The position numbers and the translations under genes were made by a program. Under the pieces are notes generated by a model. The model had not been told where the DNA came from. It searched no databases and saw nothing but the letters and a program-made list of their open reading frames with translations. From positions 1-39,394 of the IMG/VR virus record IMGVR_UViG_3300008255_000056: a DNA stretch of 39,394 bases; one strand, 5' to 3'. Position 1 is the first letter of the stretch. The number at the start of each line of letters is the position of its first letter. Of the stretch, positions 34,973 through 39,394 are shown piece by piece. The DNA comes from a virus. Taxonomy: Duplodnaviria > Caudoviricetes.

Positions 34973-35989
34973 TTAGAAGGAGAAATTACCAGGACCAGGT
35001 TCTTGACTCTTCTTTAGTTGAGCCATAGCATCAATATCGTCTTCTACTGGATTGGTTTTTCTTGGGGTTTCACGACCATTCATCGGAGGATTGCTCTTCA
35101 ATTTTTCGGTCGGGTCCTGAACTTGTGTGGTAGTGCTATTTCTGTCAGCTAAAATGTCGGTAATAATTTCCTTCAAATCTTCGTAGGTCAATGGAACTGG
35201 TTTGGTCTTATTGGCTTTGGCTTCTCTTTCTCTTTGAAGGGTCTCACCATCAATAGCCCTTGAAACCATTTTTTCTAATTTGGTATTACCTTTGAGAACT
35301 GGAAAATCTGTGTAGAGTTTTGTGGTAGTGGCAACAGCTTCTTTCTCTGCTTGAGCCTCGGAACTAGCCATGTTCATCTCAGAAACCAAAGCGTGCTTCA
35401 ACATGCCAAATTGAGCGGCGGCTAGAGGACCATCAACCAGCGCACTTTGAATACCCAAGATTAGAGTTTGGGTGACATCTCTCATATACTCATCCATCTG
35501 GAAAGTCTTTCCACCATTTCCATCGTCAACATAGTAACTCTCAGCTATAGGGAGTTTTGTTTGAATGACAGGAACTGACTTCAAAGCCTCAAGTCTTTTC
35601 TTAGCGACATCATCACTCGGGACTTCATTCTTCTCAGTTTTACTGATTGAGTCTTCTAGTTGTTTTGTGTAGGCGGTAAATTCTTCAATAGAGTTAAATT
35701 CTTTTTCTCCGTATTTGATTTTCTGGGAAGGAGGAGTTTCTGGGACAGGGGGTGTTTCTCCATCTGGAGGGGTAGCGCCAGCATCAGGGGTTTCGTCAGG
35801 ATTTGCTGGGGTAGCAGGAGGAGTGTCGTCTGAGGGGGGAGTGGCTGGGTCTGCTGGAGGATTATCACCAGGAGGAGTAGTTTCCTCTTTAGAGACTGTT
35901 TTAATATCTTCGGTCAATGGAGAGAGAATGTCTCTTTCTTCTTCTGTGTCTCCAATGTTTTTGAGAAATGATGGTCCGTCTAATGACAT
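34973..35989 (-). CDS. Capsid scaffolding protein
   Basis: Acidic Pro/Thr-rich N-terminus and helical body; directly upstream of the MCP; TTGACA-17-TAGTAT-6-ATG. Confidence 0.7.
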   Translation of the reverse strand: MSLDGPSFLKNIGDTEEERDILSPLTEDIKTVSKEETTPPGDNPPADPATPPSDDTPPATPANPDETPDAGATPPDGETPPVPETPPSQKIKYGEKEFNSIEEFTAYTKQLEDSISKTEKNEVPSDDVAKKRLEALKSVPVIQTKLPIAESYYVDDGNGGKTFQMDEYMRDVTQTLILGIQSALVDGPLAAAQFGMLKHALVSEMNMASSEAQAEKEAVATTTKLYTDFPVLKGNTKLEKMVSRAIDGETLQREREAKANKTKPVPLTYEDLKEIITDILADRNSTTTQVQDPTEKLKSNPPMNGRETPRKTNPVEDDIDAMAQLKKSQEPGPGNFSF

Positions 35990-36031
35990 AAATAAATACT
36001 ACTTACTGATTGGCAAATTGTCAACACTAGG

Positions 36032-36391
36032 TCAGTCCTCAAGATTCAAAAGTCGCTCTTTATTCTTAGCCACATTTGCTACCCAGCGAACCCACTTACC
36101 TTCGTGTTTGAAAAATATCTTACCATTCTTCAGGTCGTAGAGATGTGGAGGGTGAAGTTTGACACCATGACTGAAATCTCCTCGGTGGACCACACACTCT
36201 GCCAACCTCTGGCTCATGTTGGTAATTTCAAACCTACACTTCTCGGCTTCTTTGTCGGTCAATTTGAAAATTTGTTGCTCGTCAGAATACTCAATTCCAT
36301 TACCTCTTTTTGCGGCATCCCACATCGCCTTAGTCTCCACTGACGGCTCTTCAGATTTTCTATTATGCCTTGGGTCAATTAGTGGTCTCAT
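36032..36391 (-). CDS. Hypothetical protein
   Basis: Operon member between portal and scaffold. Confidence 0.6.
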   Translation of the reverse strand: MRPLIDPRHNRKSEEPSVETKAMWDAAKRGNGIEYSDEQQIFKLTDKEAEKCRFEITNMSQRLAECVVHRGDFSHGVKLHPPHLYDLKNGKIFFKHEGKWVRWVANVAKNKERLLNLED

Positions 36392-36776
36392 TGTTTTGTG
36401 CTTGTTCCTCTTCTAATTTTTGTTTCTCTACTGCCATGATTGCGTTCATAATCATGGAACGGAAATCCTCAATTGTTTCAATCCTACCATTTTGGAGACC
36501 AGCGTGATAATCAGCTGAAATCCAATGATTCGCATACCTGATACCTCCAGAAACGCCTCCAGTTGTGACCTTGGTATCTTTTGCCAGCTCAGGATGACGG
36601 AGGTTTAGGTAGGCATCTTCCTCAACCTGCTTGAAAAACTCAACAATTATTCGGTATTCGGGAGTCTTGCTGAATCTATAGAACCCAATGTTTCTTTTAT
36701 CAGCTGTGTCTTTTCTTCGTTGAATTTCCTCATCTTTTCCTTTTCCCAGGGACTGTTTTCGTAGTAGTCGGTCCAT
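36375..36776 (-). CDS. Hypothetical helical protein (probable start MDRLLRK at 36776)
   Basis: Resembles the small helical genes that often follow podophage portals; start uncertain. Confidence 0.5.
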   Translation of the reverse strand: MDRLLRKQSLGKGKDEEIQRRKDTADKRNIGFYRFSKTPEYRIIVEFFKQVEEDAYLNLRHPELAKDTKVTTGGVSGGIRYANHWISADYHAGLQNGRIETIEDFRSMIMNAIMAVEKQKLEEEQAQNNETTN

Positions 36777-37123
36777 TCCTCGGAGCTTTTGCCCTTCATC
36801 CCAAAGTCTTCTGGTGAACTCGCTAATACTTTTTCTGAGGAACAATCGTCTATGTTCAACCTCCACGATGGTATGTTCTGCTGGAATAGGGTTCTGTTGA
36901 GAGTTCTCTTTCCTGTTCCCTGACACGCCTGACATACCCTCACTGTCAGTTTTCCTTTTCCTCCAGATTCTACTAATAAGTTTTCCCAGCCACATTTTGA
37001 ACATTTGAATTGGTATTTAATAAGATTGTCGCACTTCTCACAGAGGTATTCAAGTCTGGTAGAGTGGTTCTTCTGAACCCAAACTGGCAACAAATCAGTA
37101 TTGTGAATATGACATTTCCTCAT
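36647..37123 (-). CDS. Multi-CxxC zinc-binding protein
   Basis: CHIH, CEKC, CSKC, CQAC; starts 14 nt after the portal stop. Confidence 0.55.
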   Translation of the reverse strand: MRKCHIHNTDLLPVWVQKNHSTRLEYLCEKCDNLIKYQFKCSKCGWENLLVESGGKGKLTVRVCQACQGTGKRTLNRTLFQQNIPSWRLNIDDCSSEKVLASSPEDFGMKGKSSEEWTDYYENSPWEKEKMRKFNEEKTQLIKETLGSIDSARLPNTE

Positions 37124-37137
37124 TAGTCCAGTTTACA

Positions 37138-39126
37138 CTATTGGATTACTTCGGGGGGAGGAAGTTGTCCGCCAGCGGCTAGAATCTGTGCCAATGGGTC
37201 TGGTTGAGTAGCCATTTGTCCATCACCCTGGAGGACTGGTGCTGTAGGAACTACAGGAGGAAGTTGTGGCGGTAATTGGGGTGGAGATTCTGGGGGGGTC
37301 TCGGTCTTTGGTGCGTTTTTACCTTCCATTCTTGCTTTTCTGATGGCTCTGACCCAATAGATGGCATCGTGGAATCCATTGGCGGTGAGGTATTTGACCA
37401 AGAAGGAATCATAAACATCTTCGGGGATGTTGGCGAATGGACCTTTTTGAGTAGCAAATCTGTCGGCAACTGCGTTTAGCCTCATCACATCAGCCTGTTG
37501 GTCCACAATCATGGCAGAATCTGGGGTGACTTTAATGTCCATCATGCCTTTGATTTGTTTCAGTTTTCCAGCTTCAATCTTTTCGTTGGTGAACTCTTCA
37601 GCTCCTGCGGTTCCAGCGATTCTGACCAATCTATCCTTGTTGATGAACTGCTTGGACATTTCTAGGATGAAATAACCAAGAGCCTTGAGGGTTAGTTTCT
37701 CAAACAAGCGAGCTTTGACTACGAACCTAGCGTTGGCGGCTTCCTGAACGAGTCTGAGACCTCCATAAGAACGACCAGCGAGGGAGTCTCCTTCCATTCC
37801 TTGAGCATAATCACCGACTCCAGTGACTCTCTGGATGATTCCCATGAGGGCATCTGACTCTTTGTAGGCTGAAGCAGTCACATCCTGTCCTGCGAACATC
37901 CTGACAGCTCTGTCTACATCTTTTACTGCCGTCATTGAGTTCGGGATTGGAACAAATTCATCACCATTAGCCATCATGTTGGGGTTGTAGACCCAAATTG
38001 AAAGCATCGCCTGAATCAAATTATCAAATCTCATGTTGTGGATGTCGGTCACACCATCTTCTAGCTTGCGGATAGCATCAATTTCACCTCGTGAGAAGTA
38101 GGAGTGAGGGATAACCACATCGTGACCAAAGATAAAAGGGTCAACCATGACATCATAGGGATTCCTCATGCCGTCTTCACCAGTAAGCTGGTGAGTTTCG
38201 TTCACAAAAACATGAACCTTGTCACCTTCCCAAACTTTGTCCACCATAATCATGGATTTCTTTGGGTCATCAGTGCCAGAAATTGAGTTCTTATTGTCGG
38301 GATTGGCAAACAGTTCGTTGTATTTACGCAAGAAATCTTGGGGAACCTCAGTCGTGTATCCGAGTTTTCCCTCATCGTTCATTTTCTGAAGCTCGTCCAT
38401 TGTCTGTTTGTCGTAGTCAAAGATGGTAGCCTCGTCAACCAAATCAGCGAATGTCGTCATTTCACGCTCAATTTTGTATCTCATTTTGCCAGTCTCGGAG
38501 AACCCAGGGTCTGGTAGGAAATGGAAGAAAGGCTTGTGTTCAATGTCAAAGTCATCCAAGAAAGGCATGTCAACAATCTTTTTGCTCCAAGTGACTTCTG
38601 ATTTGCTCCCCTTTTGTTTCAAAGTCTCAGCCATGTCCAGAACTTTTTGAATTTCTTCGGAATCTTTGAAACCAGCCACATCAAGGTTAGCTAAATACTG
38701 GACAATCTTTCTTGATTGTCTCCTCCACTTGGCTCTAAAAACCACATTACCAGTGATGAGTTCTTCTTTTACGCCTCTCTGAAGTTTGAGATACATAGGC
38801 TCACCAATTAGTTCCAGTTTTGGATTTGCGTATTGGGTCTGAACGACCAGCTTGGCTGTCTGTTCAAAAGGAACATCGTCAGGTTCTACTGCGACAGTGT
38901 TGAAGTCTGGGTCTTTACCGATGATGCGAGGCATGACAGTCTCCACAGTTTCGTAGGAAACAGGTATGACAGTTTTGGAGACAAAAGGATAGGAAGATTC
39001 GGACTGGTTGCCAACATCAAGCCTACCTAAATAGTGCTTGTAGTTATCAATTGACCTATCCCAATGTGGAGTGCTGAAATCAATTGAGAGCTTGAGTCGT
39101 TGTTTGTATGTTTCTTTGACTGTCAT
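37138..39126 (-). CDS. Portal protein (P22/SU10-like)
   Basis: 662 aa directly after terL; YETVETVMPRI, HFLPDP, IIQRVTGVGDYAQG, LVQEAANARF; Pro/Gln-rich tail. Confidence 0.85.
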   Translation of the reverse strand: MTVKETYKQRLKLSIDFSTPHWDRSIDNYKHYLGRLDVGNQSESSYPFVSKTVIPVSYETVETVMPRIIGKDPDFNTVAVEPDDVPFEQTAKLVVQTQYANPKLELIGEPMYLKLQRGVKEELITGNVVFRAKWRRQSRKIVQYLANLDVAGFKDSEEIQKVLDMAETLKQKGSKSEVTWSKKIVDMPFLDDFDIEHKPFFHFLPDPGFSETGKMRYKIEREMTTFADLVDEATIFDYDKQTMDELQKMNDEGKLGYTTEVPQDFLRKYNELFANPDNKNSISGTDDPKKSMIMVDKVWEGDKVHVFVNETHQLTGEDGMRNPYDVMVDPFIFGHDVVIPHSYFSRGEIDAIRKLEDGVTDIHNMRFDNLIQAMLSIWVYNPNMMANGDEFVPIPNSMTAVKDVDRAVRMFAGQDVTASAYKESDALMGIIQRVTGVGDYAQGMEGDSLAGRSYGGLRLVQEAANARFVVKARLFEKLTLKALGYFILEMSKQFINKDRLVRIAGTAGAEEFTNEKIEAGKLKQIKGMMDIKVTPDSAMIVDQQADVMRLNAVADRFATQKGPFANIPEDVYDSFLVKYLTANGFHDAIYWVRAIRKARMEGKNAPKTETPPESPPQLPPQLPPVVPTAPVLQGDGQMATQPDPLAQILAAGGQLPPPEVIQ

Positions 39127-39129
39127 ATA

Positions 39130-39394
39130 CTATTTGAAGACCAAATATGGTAATTTGAAAGCCTCTTTCGTCCTCTTACGCTTATTGTATAATTTTTTTC
39201 CGCCTGTTTCGTAATTGTCCAATAACCAAATCGCAATTGCCAGGTTCTTGAATCGGTAGCCATCACCAAAAGAGAGGTTCAATTGGTCTCCGTCACAGGA
39301 AATAATCTCTCCCATTTCACGCACGAGTGGTTCGTCAGGAATTTTCACCTCAAGGTTGTTGATTTTTTGTCTGGTGTGGTCCACCGCAATTGGA
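39130..39394 (-). CDS. terL: Terminase large subunit, 3' end
   Basis: In-frame continuation of the 1..2210 frame (…PIAVDHTRQKINN…); the stop lies 3 nt before the portal ATG. Confidence 0.9.
   Translation of the reverse strand, partial: PIAVDHTRQKINNLEVKIPDEPLVREMGEIISCDGDQLNLSFGDGYRFKNLAIAIWLLDNYETGGKKLYNKRKRTKEAFKLPYLVFK
39272..39394. repeat. Terminal direct repeat, right copy
   Basis: Identical to 1-123. Confidence 0.95.

Noticed and set aside
39272-39394. 123-bp terminal repeat as a biological direct terminal repeat
   Set aside because: It falls in the middle of the terL reading frame, so it is best explained as assembly overlap of a circular or permuted genome.
1-39394. Alternative genetic code or stop-codon recoding
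   Set aside because: Code 11 gives dense, full-length genes, and TAA, TAG and TGA all terminate conserved proteins.

Overview
This window is an apparently complete, circularly permuted genome of a short-tailed (podovirus-like) dsDNA phage of about 39,271 bp; bases 1-123 are repeated at 39272-39394. The virion module is on the minus strand: terminase large subunit (crosses the window edge and is missed by the ORF track), portal, scaffold, major capsid, adaptor, nozzle, fibres, lysis genes with an M23 endolysin, and two probable DNA-ejection proteins. A plus-strand middle module encodes an O-like initiator with internal iterons, a PrimPol-DnaB fusion, SSB, a putative SSAP, a PD-(D/E)xK nuclease, GroES and GroEL, an atypical tRNA and RusA. 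Two minus-strand clusters of small early-type genes flank a ~700 bp non-coding region containing a dif-like site. I recognised no integrase, repressor, replicative DNA polymerase or small terminase. The most unusual signals are: (i) apparently leaderless expression across the genome, with -10 boxes exactly 6 nt before the ATG at 11 genes and a distinct AAAATTRTNNAAT motif at virion genes; (ii) a structured leader with a uORF that could act as an RNA switch on the replication initiator; (iii) a TerL carrying a second, catalytically degenerate nuclease-like domain; (iv) a tRNA with an 8-nt anticodon loop preceded by a long hairpin. A Patescibacteria (CPR)-like host is an inference only. All calls come from reading motifs by eye; no database search was run.
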